From the human T2T-CHM13v2.0 reference genome, Homo sapiens, in the NCBI RefSeq assembly GCF_009914755.1, contig NC_060934.1: DNA of 64,000 nucleotides. The stretch is one strand, 5' to 3'. Of the stretch, positions 40,290-54,672 are shown in pieces. The position numbers and the translations under genes were made by a program. The first letter of the stretch is position 1; every line of letters begins with the position of its first letter. A model generated the notes under the pieces. It worked only from the letters and a program-made list of their open reading frames with translations. It ran no database searches and was not told where the DNA came from.

Positions 40290-40730
40290 TGTTTCCGCCT
40301 GGGTACCCTCCAAAGCAGGGCCTGAAGGAAGGAACTGTGTGCAGGCAGTTGATGTGGAAGGTGATCCCAGGTATCTAAGATGAGGGATGAGGGAGAGGAA
40401 AAGAGGGAGGAGAAAAGCCAATCCAAGGGTGCATTACTGAGATGTTCCCCATCATGGGAAACCAGGACTGTTCGCCATCATAGGGCCAGGTGATCCCTGT
40501 ACCTACCTCTGTGCAGGACATTGAATGCCTCTTGGAGTTGTCCACACCGCGACCCATGGGGGGATGCATTCATGCATCGGCTCCTGTCCCGCATTGACCA
40601 AGGGTTCCCCAGGGCGGTGGACTACCCCACGTGCGTCCAGACTGCACATGCCCATGCCATGTAGGCTCCTGCTGGGGTCCCATGCTGTGGCATCAGAGAA
40701 GCCCTAGCGCAGAAAGCAAACATCACACAT
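40290..40730 (-). mobile_element. Old ERVL LTR (LTR33/LTR41-like)
   Basis: ccaaagcagggcctgaaggaaggaactgtgtgcaggcagttgatgtggaaggtgatcccagg..aaagccaatccaagggtgcattactgag; same family as 26527-27010. Confidence 0.5.
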
Positions 40731-41028
40731 CCTGTCCTTGAGGTAAGATATTCTTGGCGGAAACTATCATGGACATGGAGGCTGCCATTTCTATGATGGT
40801 GGGAGTCAGAGACAGGCTGAGAGGCTGTTCAGCAGAGACTCTGAGACACTGCTTTGGCTGCAGAGCCTACTGAGGGTGAGGAAGGAGGGTGGCTGTGCAG
40901 ACAGAAATGAGTTAGGAGATGTGAAGATGGAAGGTTTGGGCTGTATTTTGGAGGTTGGGCCAACAGGACTGGCTGATAAAGCATCTGTGGAAGGGGATGA
41001 GGGGGAAGTGGAATCAAAATGGCCGACA

Positions 41029-41866
<838 letters not shown>

Positions 41867-41873
41867 GATTTGT

Positions 41874-42213
<340 letters not shown>

Positions 42214-43690
42214 TCACTGTGTTAGATGGCATGGGAGTTGTTGGGGAACCAGGAGGTTTGGATGTGGCGAAGAAAGGAAAGGGGAGTCAAGGATGACACC
42301 TGAGTTTTTCAGCATAAGGAAGTGGGTGACAGTGCCGCTTACTGAGATGGGGAGTAGGTTTTGGTAGCAGGATCAAAAGTTCTGTTTTGGCTCCATTAGG
42401 CTTGAGAGAAATGTGAGACACCATTGCTGCTAAAAATGGCACGGCCTGATGAAATCTAAGCCCAAATGTCCATGCAGGGCCTTGAAAAAGCCACAGGGTA
42501 ATGCCTACTGGTTATGCAAGGAAAGAGAACTAGAAAGATTCGGAGGCCCTTGTCCAGAGCATACCAAATGTCTGTGCATGTGCAAGAAGGGAATTCTTCC
42601 TGCACCAGAGCAAGTGCCGGCTCATGCCAGGGCTGTCCCCAGGCATTCCAGAAATAACAGTCGGTGCCAGGGGGTCACAATGAATGCTAGGCAAGTTAAC
42701 TTGATACTAGGGATGTAGCAGTGCATGCCAGAAGACAGACAATAGAAGCTGAGAGGAGTAACAAAGGAGTAGCTTTGGCATGTTGGGGAGGATAGTGAAT
42801 GCAGGGAGTGACTTTGTATGTCAGGGGAGTGACCTGGCATGTGAGGGAACCAGAGGGGTCAAGGAATAAGCCTGGGACAGGCCATGTGCCATTGGACTAG
42901 CCATGGATGCAGCAGGAGTGAGATCCCAGCTGCCTGAGCCAAGCAGGGGTCTGTCAACACCTGGCTCTGAGAGCCCAGGGCTGCTGCTTTCCTGCCTCAC
43001 CCCTGTGTCCTCCCTTTTCAGAAGAAGCTCGAATTGCAAAGACCCTTCCTGTCTCTGGAACCATTTCCATGTGCCTGAGCAAGACAGGCCCCTGCTCAGA
43101 GGGGATCAGCTCTCCCAGGAACCAACTACTGGAGTGAGAGGAGGTTCAAGGGTCCTGGAAAAAGTTCCAACTTTCCTCCTCCCCTTAACACACCTGGGAT
43201 GGGGCCCTCACTTGTTCTCACCTACTTTCAGGAACCAGGAAGAGGAGAAATGTAAAAGGGGGATCAGATGGCCAAAAAACCACCATCAGGCCCTGAGGAC
43301 TTTCTGAGCACCAACTGTGGGTCTGGGCCTGACCTGGGAGCTTGAGAGGCCAGTACGTGCCAGAGTGGAAGCAGCAGATCATGGGGCAAGGAGGGAGCAG
43401 GGAGGGGCAGGACAGTATGTGCCAGCAGCCAGCAGCTTCGGGGTTATTTCACACCTGCCTTTTCCTTTTCTCTATTATGTTAGGTAGGCTAACAGGAACT
43501 CTCCTTGTGCCCATGTTACAGATGAGAACAGTAAAGCTCAGGAAAGGGAAGTAACCAACCCAAGGTGACTGGCTCTTGACTCCCCCAGTCCAGCATTCTT
43601 CTCTTTATGGCTTGCTGCCTCTGGAGAAGAATCAGACGTGATCCCTGGCCTTGGTTCCCTCCTCAAGCCCCTCAAATTTTGCAAAGTCTT

Positions 43691-44071
43691 TGTTATGGTT
43701 TGGCTCTGTGTCCCCACCCAAAACTCATCTTGAATGGTAATCCCCATAATCCCCATATGTCAAGGGAGGGACCAGGTGGGAGGTGGTTGGATCATGGGCA
43801 TGGTTTCCCCCATGCAGTTCTCATGATAGTGAGTGAGTTCCCATGAGATCTGAGAGTTTCATAATGTGGTTTTCCCTGCTCTTTCCCTGCTCTTGCTCAC
43901 TCTGTCTTGCCTGCCACCATGTGAGACGTGCCTCTTCCCCTTCTGCCATGATTGTTTGTTTCCTGAGGCCTCCCTAGCCACGTAGAACTGTGAGTCAATT
44001 AAACCTCTTTTCTTTATACATTACCCAGTCTTGGGTATGTCTTTATAGCAGTGTGAAAAAGGACTAATATA
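43691..44071 (+). mobile_element. THE1D-like solo LTR
   Basis: tgttatggtttggctctgtgtccccaccc..ggactaatata; perfect 5-bp TSD gtctt. Confidence 0.9.
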
Positions 44072-44082
44072 GTCTTCTACTA

Positions 44083-44212
44083 GAGTACTTCTCAAGCTCT
44101 AAAATGCAGATTCTGATTCAGTAGTCTGGGGTGAGGCTTGAGGGTCACATTTCCAGCAAGCTCCCAGCTGACGTGGATGCTTCTGATCCAGATGACACTC
44201 TGAGTAGCAGAG
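44083..44212. mobile_element. MER5-like hAT DNA transposon fragment
   Basis: aaaatgcagattctgattcagtagtctggggtgaggc..tttccagcaagctcccagctgac..actctgagtagca. Confidence 0.7.
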
Positions 44213-44701
44213 TTCTACTCCTTCTCACGAGTCCTAATCCATCCATTCAGCCTCACCTAGCTGGGGACCCAAAGCTTGGTGGGGAAGTTTAGAGGTGGCC
44301 AGGTCCACCATACCAGGCCAGTAGCTCAGATTCCTGACCTGGTCCCCACCTACCCTGATGAGGGCCACACATTGTCTCCGAGGCTGCTCTGACCCTGTAT
44401 TTACCTACCTCCATTAAGAGCCAATTCTCAAATCTTCTTTAATTTTAAAGCAAGGAAAAAGATCTTCTGAATACAAGATGACGTAATTCTAGTGTTTAAT
44501 CTGCCATGATCTTATTCAGTCATGTTATTCACCAATTCATTCACCACTCACTGAAAAGACATTGACTCAGTCTTCTGGGTACTTTCCCTCCCCGAGCCTT
44601 GGTGGTTTCCCACCAGTACAATAAGGGAGTGAGTCTGGATTAGTGATCTCCACCCTGGCTGCATATTGAAATTACTGAAATTACCTAGGGAGCTAATTTG
44701 C

Positions 44702-45913
44702 TTTATTGAGATATAATTTACAGACAATAAGAGTCACCAACTTTAAATGTACCATTTGATCAGTTGTGCCAAATATATATAGTCATGTACCACCACCACG
44801 ATCAACATATAGAACATTTCCATCACCACAAACCACACCCTCTGGCAGTCCACACCCACTTCAACACCAGCCTCTGACAACCACTGGTTAGCTTTTTGAC
44901 ATTATGGTTTCAATGTTTCTGAAATTTCCTAAAAATGGAATCATACAAAATGTAGTCTTTTGTGTCTGGTTTCTTTAACTTAGCATAATGCATTCTAAAT
45001 TCACCCATGCTGTGTGCATGGGTAGTTTATTCCTTTCTACTGCTGACTAGTATTCCATTGTGTGGATGCGCCACAATTTGTTTATCCATTCACCAGTTGA
45101 GGAATATCTGGGGTTGCCCATTAGGCACAAGACTGTTACGAACATTCAAGTAAATTATTTGCGTGAACATGAACATTTGTTTGCATTTCTCTTGCATAAA
45201 TACCTAGGGGTGAGATTGCTAGGTCACGTTGGGTATATGCTTAATTTTATGAGTAACTACCAAATGGTCTTTCCAAAGTAACTGCACCATCTTATACCCC
45301 CATCAGCAATAAATGAGCATTTCACAGCCTTGCCAACACTCGATATTGCCAGACTTCATCAATTTCACCATTCTGGTGAGTGTATAGAATAATATTGTAA
45401 TTTAGTTTGAATCTCCCTGATGATTAATGATGTTGAGCATCTTTTCATGCTTGAGCATCTTTTCATGAGCATCATAGCACTGTCACTAATACTTTATCTT
45501 CCATTTTTGTATCCTTGCTGAAGAGTCTATTTAAATCTTTTGCTCGCATTTTATTCAACTGTTTGCCATCTTATTATTCAGTTGTAAGAATTTATACATC
45601 CTGGTTACAAGTCCTTTATAAATATCTTATTATACAAATATTTTTTACAATCTATAGCTTGCCTTTTTAACTTCTTATTAAATTTTGAAGAACAAAAGGT
45701 ATGCTTTTGTTTAACTTTGGTTAAGTCCACCTTATTTAAGTTTTTTCTTTTATGGTTTGTGCTTTTTTTAAAATTAGAGATTTAGGAAATCTCTGATGAA
45801 CCGAAGATCACACTAACTTTCTCCTATGTTTTGTCATATAAGTTTAGAGATTTAGCTCCCACATTTAGCTCTGTGATCCACCTTAAGTGTGTGTGTGTGT
45901 GTGTGTGTGTGTT

Positions 45914-45951
<38 letters not shown>

Positions 45952-47420
45952 TGTGAGGTAAGGGTTTATGTTTTGGCCCATGAATATCTAATTACTTTAG
46001 TATTATTTGTTGAAAAGGTTATTCTCTCCCCATTGGCTTACTTTACCTTTGTCAAAATCAACTGACCATCTATTTTAGGTCTATTTCTGAACTATCTATT
46101 GTGTTCCACTGAGCTAATTATCTATAATTGTGCCAATGCCTCAGGGTCTTCTTTATTGTAGCTTAATATTAAGTCTTGAAATCTGATACGGTAATATCTC
46201 CAAGTGATCTGTTTTCTTTCTGAAAATTGTTTGGGCTATTAGAAATCCTTTGTATTTCCATGTGAATTTTAGAATGGGCTTGTCAATTTCTTTAAATATC
46301 CTAGTGGGATTTTGATAGCAAACACAATGACTCTTTTAACACTACTGCATCTTCTGATTCATGAACATAGACTGTCTCTCTGTTTATTTAGATCATTTTT
46401 TAAATTACTGTAAGCAATAATTTATAGTTTTAATGTACAGGAATTGCACATATTTTATCACATTTATTCCAAAGTATTTCATACTTTTCATGCTATTGTA
46501 AATAGTATTTTTAAATTTCAATTTCCAATTATTTATTTCTGGTATACAGAAATACAATCAGTTTTTGTATATTAACCTTGAATCTTGTTACTGTGCTAAC
46601 CCCACTAATCAATTCTAGTAGATTTTTTGTCGATCATTCAGGATTTTCTGCATAGACAGATGATTATGTAATCTGCAAGAAAAGATAGTTTTTTCTTTCC
46701 AATCTGTAAGCCTGCTATTGTTTCTTATTTTTCACTTTTTGCTTGCTTACACTGACTAGGACCTCTCTTACACTGGTCAACAGAAATGATGAGAATAAAA
46801 AGCCTTGCCTTGTTTTTAATCTTAGGGGGAAACATACACTCTTTCACCATTAAGTGTGACATTAGCTCTCAATTTATTATATATGCCCGTTCTCAGGGTG
46901 TGAGAAAGTTCTACTCCTGCTTTGCTGAGATTGTTTTTGGTTTTTCAGTCTTTTAAAATTATGAATGAATATGCAAATTTTCTCTAATGCCTTTTCTATA
47001 TCTATTAAGATAATCATGTTTCCTTCTCATGGTCTATTAAGCTGGTGAAATATACTGATTTTTGAATGCTAAAATAACCTTGCATTCTTGAGATGAACTC
47101 CACTTAGTCATGATATGTTAATTTTTTCATATATTGCCAGATGCAGTTCACTAATACTTTGTTAAGGTATTTTGCTTTTTGTTGATGTGGGATATCAGAC
47201 TGTAACTTTCCTTTCTTATAATGTCTTTGGTTTAGGTATCAGGATAATGCTTGCCTCATAAAAGAAATTAAGTATTCCCTCCTCTTGTGTTTTCTGGAAG
47301 AGTTTCTGTAGAATTGGTATTATTTTGTCTTTAAATGTTTGATATAATTAACCAGGTAAGCCATCTGGGCCTGGCATTTTCTCTATAGGAATGTTTTTTA
47401 ACTACAGAATTGATTTTAAA
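44702..47420 (-). mobile_element. Old L1 (L1ME/L1MD-like), 3' part
   Basis: ctttattgagatataatttaca..agaacatttccatcacc (L1 3' end, reversed), followed by reversed ORF2 text. Confidence 0.9.
45887..45950. repeat. (TG)n microsatellite split by a duplicated ttaag
   Basis: ttaag(tg)n ttaag(tg)n. Confidence 0.9.
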
Positions 47421-47444
47421 AACAAACAAACAAATACGAACTGG

Positions 47445-49995
47445 GCTCTAAAATCAGGAAGAAGAACAATGTTGTCTGCATCCACTACTTCTTTTCAACA
47501 TTGTACTAGAGATTCTAGCCAGAGAAACTAGGGAGGAAAAAGAAATAAAAGGCATCCATGTTGGAAGGAAGATGTGAAACTATCTCTATTTGCAGATGAC
47601 ATGATCCTGTAGGCAGAATATTCTAAAGAATATGCACACACGCACACATACACACAAACTACTGGAGCTAGTAAATGACTAGGAAAAATGTGGGATACAA
47701 AATCCAAATATAGAAATCGATTGTATTTCTGTAGTCTAGCAAACAATTATCAGAATATAAAATTTAAAAATAATTCCACCTACAATACCATCAAGAAGAA
47801 TAAAATACTTAGAAATAAATGCAACCAAAAAGTTAAAGATTTGTACACTAAAAATGACAGAACATTATTAAAAGCAATGAAAGGGAACCTAAATAAATGG
47901 AAAGATATCCCATGCTCCTGGATTGGAACACTTAATATTACTAGGATAGCAGTACTCCTGGAGTTGATCCTCAGTGAAATTTCTATCAAAATTCAAATTG
48001 CCTTTTTTTTTTGTGGAAATGGACAAGCTGATCCTAAAATTCATATGAAAAATGCAAGGGACTCAAAACAGTCAAGGCAGAGTAGATAAAGAAGAACAAG
48101 CTTGAAGAAAGCTTAAAAATCACACTATCTGATTTTAAAACTTATTACAAAGCCACAGTAATCAAGACAGTGTGGTACTGATATAAAGACAGACATATAG
48201 AACAACAGAATATAATTGAGGGTCTAGAAATAAACCCATACATCTATGGTCAATTGATTTTCAACAAGGGTACAAATATCATTCAATGGGGGTTGAAAGA
48301 CTGAGTTTTTTAACAAAAGGTGCTGAAACAACTGGATATCCACATGCAAAAGAATGGATGAATCCTATCTCATGCCATACATAAAAATTGACTTAAAATA
48401 CATCAAAGACCAAAATATAAAGGTGAAAATTATAAAACTCTTAAAAGGAAGCATAGGTTTGCATTTTCTTGACCTTGGATTAGGTGTTGGTTTCTTAGAT
48501 GTGACACCAAAAGCACAAACAACCTAAGAAAAAATAGAAAAATTGTATTTCATAAAAATAATAAATGTGCATAAAAAGACACTATCAAGAAAGTGCAAAG
48601 ACAATCCACAGAACGGGAGGAAGTATTCGCAAATTATATGTCTGATAAGGACCTAGTATCCAGAATATATAAAGAACTATTACAACTCAACAACAAAAAG
48701 ACAACTCAATCTTATAAATGAGCAAAAGATTTGAATAGACATTTCTCCAAAGATATATAAATGGCCAACAAGCATATGAAAAGATGCTTAACATCATTAG
48801 CCATTAGGGAAATGCAAATCAAAATCACAATGAGATACCACTTCACACCTACTAAGATGGCTACAAAAACAAATACAAAAAACAGAAATAACAAGATGTG
48901 GAGAAACTGGAACACTCATTCATTGCTAGTGAGAGTGTAAAACAGTGCTGCTGCTTTGGAAAACAGTTTGGTAGTTCTTCAAAAAGTTAAACATGGGTTA
49001 CTATATGACCCAGAAATTTTACTTCAAGGTATATGTAACTGTGATGGTTAATACTGAGTGTCAACTTGAATGGATTGAGGGAAACAAAATATTAATCCTG
49101 GGTGTGTCTGTGTGGGTGTTGCCAAAAGAGATTAACATTTGAGTCAGTGGGCTGGGGAAGGCAGATCTACCCTTCATCTGGTGGGCACAATTTAATCCGC
49201 TTCCAACAAATATAAAGCAGGCAGAAAAGTGTGGAAAAGGGAGACGGCCCTGCCTCCAGGTCTACATCTTTCTCCCATGCTTGATGCTTCCTGCCCTCAA
49301 ACATCAGACTCCAAGTTCTTCAGTTTTTGGATTCAGACTGGCTTTCCTTGCTTTTCAGCTTGCAGACAGCCTATTGTGGCACCTTGTGATCATGTAAGCC
49401 AATACTTAATAAACATATATATATCCTATTAGTTCTGTCCTTCTAAGAGAACTCTGACTAATACAATAACCAAGAGAAGTAAAAAGCATATGCTTACACA
49501 AATACTTGTTAAGGAATGTTAGTAGCAGCATTATTCATAATAGTTGAAAAGGCAAAACAACCTAAATGTCCATCAACTAATGACTGAATAAACAAAATGT
49601 GGCATGTCCATTCAATGGAATATTAGTCACAAACAAGAATGAAGTACTGATACATGCTGCAACATGGATGAATCTTGAAAAGTTATTCTCAGTGAAAGAA
49701 GCCAGACACAAAAGGTCATATATTATATGATTCCGTTTATGTGGAATGTTCAGAATCTGCCATAGAGACAGAAAGTAGATTAGTGATATCAGAGGCTGGG
49801 ATAGGAGAGTATGGATAGTGATTGCTAACAGGTATGGGGATTCTTTTTAGGTTGATGAAAATGTTGGAACTAGATGGAGGTGATGGTTGCACAACCTTGT
49901 GAATATGTTGAAAACCATTGAAATGTACACCTTAAGATGGTGAATTTTATGTTACATAAAATTTTATTATATAAATTATCTCAGTAAAAAAATAA
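47445..49995 (+). mobile_element. L1MB-like element inserted in the older L1
   Basis: ORF2 remnant (LNKWKDIPCSWIG in ORF 47688..48089); 3'UTR gtgaaagaagccagacacaaaagg..gatggttgcacaac. Confidence 0.9.
49040..49465 (+). mobile_element. MLT2A1-like (HERV-L) solo LTR
   Basis: tgtgatggttaatactgagtgtcaacttg..ctgactaataca; imperfect TSD gtaac/ataac. Confidence 0.88.
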
Positions 49996-49996
49996 A

Positions 49997-51712
49997 GGGC
50001 TATTCGGAATTTGATTTCTTCTAATGTAAACCTTGATCATTTGTGCATTTCAAGTATTTTGTCTATTTCATCTAAGTTGTAAAATTTATTGGGCAAAGTT
50101 TGTTTATAATATTCCTGTATTATTCTTTTATTAACTATAGAACTCATTGTGATAGTACCTTTTTCATTCTTGATTTTGGTAATTTATGTCTCCTCTCTTT
50201 CTCCCTTATTTTTTCCTGACTAGTATGGCTAGGGGTTTGTAAATTTTATTCATATTTGCAAAGAACCAGCTTTTGCTTTCACTAAGTCAGTCCCTCATTC
50301 TCTCTCTCTCTTTCTCTCTCTCTCTCTGCCTCTTTCCCTCCCTCCGTCTCACTCTCCCTCCTATCCCACTCTCCTTCCCACCTCTATTTTTAAAACTTTC
50401 TTCTCTTATTTTTATTATTTTTCTCCCGTTTACTTTTGATTTAATTTTCTTTTCTTTCTCTAGTTTCTTGAAGTAAAACTTACATCATTGATTTAAGATC
50501 TTTTTTCTTTTTCTAATACAACCATTTAATGCTCTACATTTCCTTCTAAACACTGTTTGAGATGTATCCTGCAAATTTTGATATGCTTTGCTTTCATTTT
50601 CTTCCAGTGCAAAATATCTTGTGATTTCCCTTGTAATTTCTTCTTTGACTCCTTGTTTATTTAGGAGTACATCACTTAATTACCAAATATTTGGAGATTT
50701 TCCAGACATGTTTCTGTCATTGACTTAAAATCTATTTCTGTCATGTTCAAAGAACATACTTTGTATGATTTCAGCCTTCTTGGTTTTGTTTTATGGTCCA
50801 GAATATGCTTGCTCTATCTTGGTAAATGTTCCATGAGCACTCGAAAAGAATGGGCATTCTGCTGTTGTTAGGTGTTCTATAAAGGTCAATTAGGTCAAGT
50901 TGATTGATAGTGTTGTTAAATTTTTCTCTATTCTTACTGATTTTTTGTGTACATGTTCTAGCAACTACTGAGAGAAGAATGTTGACATTTCCAACTTTAA
51001 CTGTAAATCTATTTTTTATCTCTATCAGTTTTTATTTCATATATTTTGAAGCACTAATGTTCAATGCATACACACTTGGGATTGCAATGTCCTTTTGATT
51101 AATTGATCCATTTATCATTATGAAATGTCTCTCTTTATGCCTGGTAATATTCCTTGTTCTGAAGTCTGCTTTGTATGATATAACCACACTAGCGTTCTTT
51201 AGATTAAGGCTTACGTGGTATATGTTTGTCCATCTTTTTACTTTTAACCTATCCTCATCCTCAAACGTAAAATAGGCTTCTTATAGCAACACATAGTTTG
51301 GTCTTGCCTTTTTAATCCTACCTTAACATGTCTGCCTTTTAATTGGAGTGTTTAGATGACCTTAAATTTTATGTAATTATTGATATCTCTAAATTTAAAC
51401 TTACATCAATGCTATTTTAATTTTTTTGCCATGTGGTTTTTTGTTTTTTGGTTGTAATTTCCTGTATGAGCTTTTGCTTTTTTGTTTTATTTTTTCTTAG
51501 TTGCTCTAGGATTTACATTATACATGTTAAACTTATCATAGTCTACCTTCAAGTAATATTATAGCACTTCACTTATATTACTTAAGAATCTTACAATAGT
51601 ATACTTCCATTTCTCCTCTCTCAGGCTTTGTGTATTGTTGCCATACATGTTATTTCTGCATATCTTTTAAACCCCAAATATGTTATTATTATTTTATCTT
51701 GAAATAGTCAAT
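49997..51712 (-). mobile_element. Old L1, continuation of 44702-47420
   Basis: Reversed ORF2 5' text: ttgcaaagaaccagcttttg, ccagaatatg..tcttggtaaatgttcc. Confidence 0.85.
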
Positions 51713-51855
51713 TATAAGCCCAAGAAGGAATATCAGGAACCAGATTTACCCTCCCATCCAACACAATAAATTTTTTAAAACATACACAAAATATAAAAAA
51801 CAACACTTTGAAAGACATTGGACACCAGGCACTTAAGAAGTATTATCTCTGGGAA
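51265..51855 (+). repeat. Inverted repeat 2, left arm (~590 bp)
   Basis: Reverse complement of 52318-52902; about 20 substitutions and 2 small indels by eye. Confidence 0.96.
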
Positions 51856-51990
51856 ACAGGAAATAAAGCAGGCGAGCCCTCCCTTTGCTGCAGCTTATTT
51901 CCCTGAAAGAGTTTTCAGGCTTTGATGCAGGGAGGAAGAATCCAGGCAGAACCTAGTGGACTCCCTAAGTTCAGAAGACAAAGCTAACAT
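51713..51990 (+). mobile_element. L1 5'-region fragment (L1M/L1MD 5' end-like), opposite strand to the adjacent L1
   Basis: ccagatttaccctccc..aagacattggacaccaggca..gagttttcaggc..ggactccctaagtt. Confidence 0.6.
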
Positions 51991-51991
51991 C

Positions 51992-52132
51992 TTAATCTTT
52001 AGAAACATGATAGAATTGTCAAAAGTCCATACATTGAGAAGTGAGAGGCCTGATTTTATTACTGCAGCAACAGTTAAAAAAAAGAAAACCTTCCATTAAA
52101 AACTAAATAACAAAAAGCATGAGTCCTGGGGA
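51992..52132 (+). repeat. Dispersed direct copy of 38044-38182
   Basis: ttaatctttagaaacatgatagaattgtcaaaag..ctaaataacaaaaagcatgagtcctgggga present at both sites. Confidence 0.97.
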
Positions 52133-52317
52133 CTTACATCATTACCAATACTAGATGTTATCTTTTTACTGATTTGTCTACTCTGAAAGATAAGTCAAAT
52201 CATCTCATTTTCTGTCATCAAATTCCCATTTTGATTTCTTCTTTGACCCAAAGGTTATTTTGACATATATTATTTTTCAAATATTTGGAGATTTTTCATA
52301 TTTCTGTTATTGAAACC

Positions 52318-52902
52318 TTCCCCAGAGATAATACTCCTTAAGTGCCTGGTGTCCAATGTCTTTCAAAGTGTTGTTTTTTATATTTTGTGTATGTTTTTAA
52401 AAATTTATTGTGTTGGATGGGAGGGTAAATCTGGTTCCTGATACTCTTTCTTGGGCCTATAATTGACTATTTCAAGATAAAATAATAATAACATATTTGG
52501 GGTTTAAAAGATATGCAGAAATAACATGTATGGCAAAAATACACAAAGGCCGAGAGAGGAGAAATGGAAGTATACTGTTGTAAGATTCTTACAATATAAG
52601 TGAAGTGCTGTAATATTGCTTGAAGGTAGACTGTGATAAGTTTAACATGTATAATGTAAATCCTAGAGCAACTAAGAAAAAATAAAACAAAAAAGCAAAA
52701 GCTCATACAGGAAATTACAACCAAAAAAAACTGCTTGGCAAAAAAATTAAAATAGCATTGATGTAAGTTTAAATTTAGAGATATCAATAATTACATAAAA
52801 TTTAAGGTCATCTAAACACTCCAGTTAAAAGGCAGACATGTTAAGGTAGGATTAAAAAGGCAAGACCAAACTATGTGTTGCTCTAAGAAGCCTATTTTAT
52901 GT
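52318..52902 (-). repeat. Inverted repeat 2, right arm
   Basis: Reverse complement of 51265-51855. Confidence 0.96.
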
Positions 52903-53784
52903 AAGGAAAGGGGCATTATGATGTTGGCAGGAATATGAAACTGTGTGATTTTTTAGGAGTTATTTGGAGGTATATATCAAAATTTAAAAGGCCCTTGCCC
53001 TCCGATCCAGCAGTTTCACTTTCAGGAATCTATCTTCCAGTATGGTTGTAGAAATTAATAGGTATGTAGAGACTCATAGCTGTATTATATAGTAAAAAAT
53101 AGAAAATATTATCGCTGTCCGTCAGTAAGGGATTGGGTAAATAAAGCACATAGAGGGTCAAAATATCTAATATCCTGAACAAAATTACCAAAAAAAACCC
53201 CAAACTTACTTCTTTAGCCTTTGTTCCTGCCAATTTTCTTTCTCTAGGCTCTGGATACCTTGCCCCATGTGTACCTTTATTTTTAGAGGGACCAATGGAG
53301 GAGCTGGTTGTCTTTTAACTTCTATCCATTCTAGGTATTTCCCCCTTCATAATACTTGGGCCAGAAACAGGGAGTTGGCCTCTGACTAAAGCTCCAGTTT
53401 AGGCCTTAAACAGAAGCACTTGAATGTCTCTTGTCTCATCTGTCCCCTGTAAAGAAGGAGGCCCCAACCACCAATGCTCTCACCTTCACACAGCATTGCC
53501 TCTGAGGCAGCCTGCAGCTCACAGCAGAACTGAGAGATCTAGGTTTATCAGTGCCTGGCATGGAAGACAAGCTCCTTGTGGGTGAGCTGTTTGCTTGCTG
53601 TGGTACCTTCTCTTCAGCAACAACTTAAAAGCCAGAGTTGTCACCAGTAAAGAGCCTGAAGGCCTTCTCTCCATTGCCTCCTGTTTCTGTGACATAAAAT
53701 CACCTGGGAACTTTACAGACACTGCCTCAGCTAAGTGATTAAGGCCAATATCTACAGTCATAAATCATGCTGATAGTATGGACC

Positions 53785-54240
53785 TGTATCCATTTCCTAG
53801 GCTGCCGTAACAAGTACCAAAGACTGGGAGGCTTAAAAAAACAGAAATTTATTGTTTCACAGTTCTGGAGGCTAGAAGTTTGAAATCAAGATGTCGACAG
53901 TGTCATGCTCTCTCTGACAGCTCTAGGGGAGAATCCGTCCTTGACTATTCTAGCTTTTGGTGCTTGCCAGCAATTCATGATGTTCATTCTACATGCACCA
54001 CTCAAATCATACGGCTGTCTTCTCCCTGTGTATCTTCACATAATCTTCTCTCTGTACCTGTTTCTGTGTCCAACGTTCCCTTTTCTATAAGGACACCAGC
54101 CATATTGGATTACAGCCAGGGGATATCGTTGAATAATTTCATTATCTCTGTGAACACCTTATTTCCAAATAAGGTCACATTCTGAGGTACTGTGAGTTGG
54201 AGCCTAAACAGATCTCTTTTGGAGGGACACAATTCAACTT
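53785..54240 (-). mobile_element. MaLR solo LTR (MLT1B/C-like)
   Basis: tgtatccatttcctaggctgccgtaacaagtacc..atttccaaataaggtcacattctgaggtact..ggacacaattcaac. Confidence 0.85.
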
Positions 54241-54672
54241 TTGATATGCTGTGATGAAAATGGCTCTTTACCTTTCTGTCTTCCTCTTAATAATCCATAA
54301 CTCCAGTATAATGATGAGAAAATCATCACACAAATTCTGACTGAGTAGAGTAGAGAGGCGTCCTACAACATATGTGGCAAAACTCCTCAAAACTGTCAAG
54401 GTCATTGAAAACAAGAAAAGTTTCACCTCCTTTGAGAATGAAAGGAAAAAAAAAAAGAAAAGCATGAGAAATTGACATCGCCAAGAAACCTAAGGAGATA
54501 TGACAACTAAATGCAATGTAGTATTGTGGATGGGATCCTGGAACAGAAAAAGGGCACTAGTAAAAATTAAGAAAATCTAAATAAACTGTAGACTTCAGTT
54601 AATAATAACATATGAATATTGGCTCATTAATTATAGTACTGTAAGATGTTAATAGGAAAAACTAGATGCAGT

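Noticed and set aside
45432-45472. ttgagcatcttttcatg tandem copies
   Set aside because: Ordinary micro-duplication within an L1
47688-48089. ORF with an L1 ORF2 motif as an active LINE
   Set aside because: Short remnant surrounded by stops and frameshifts
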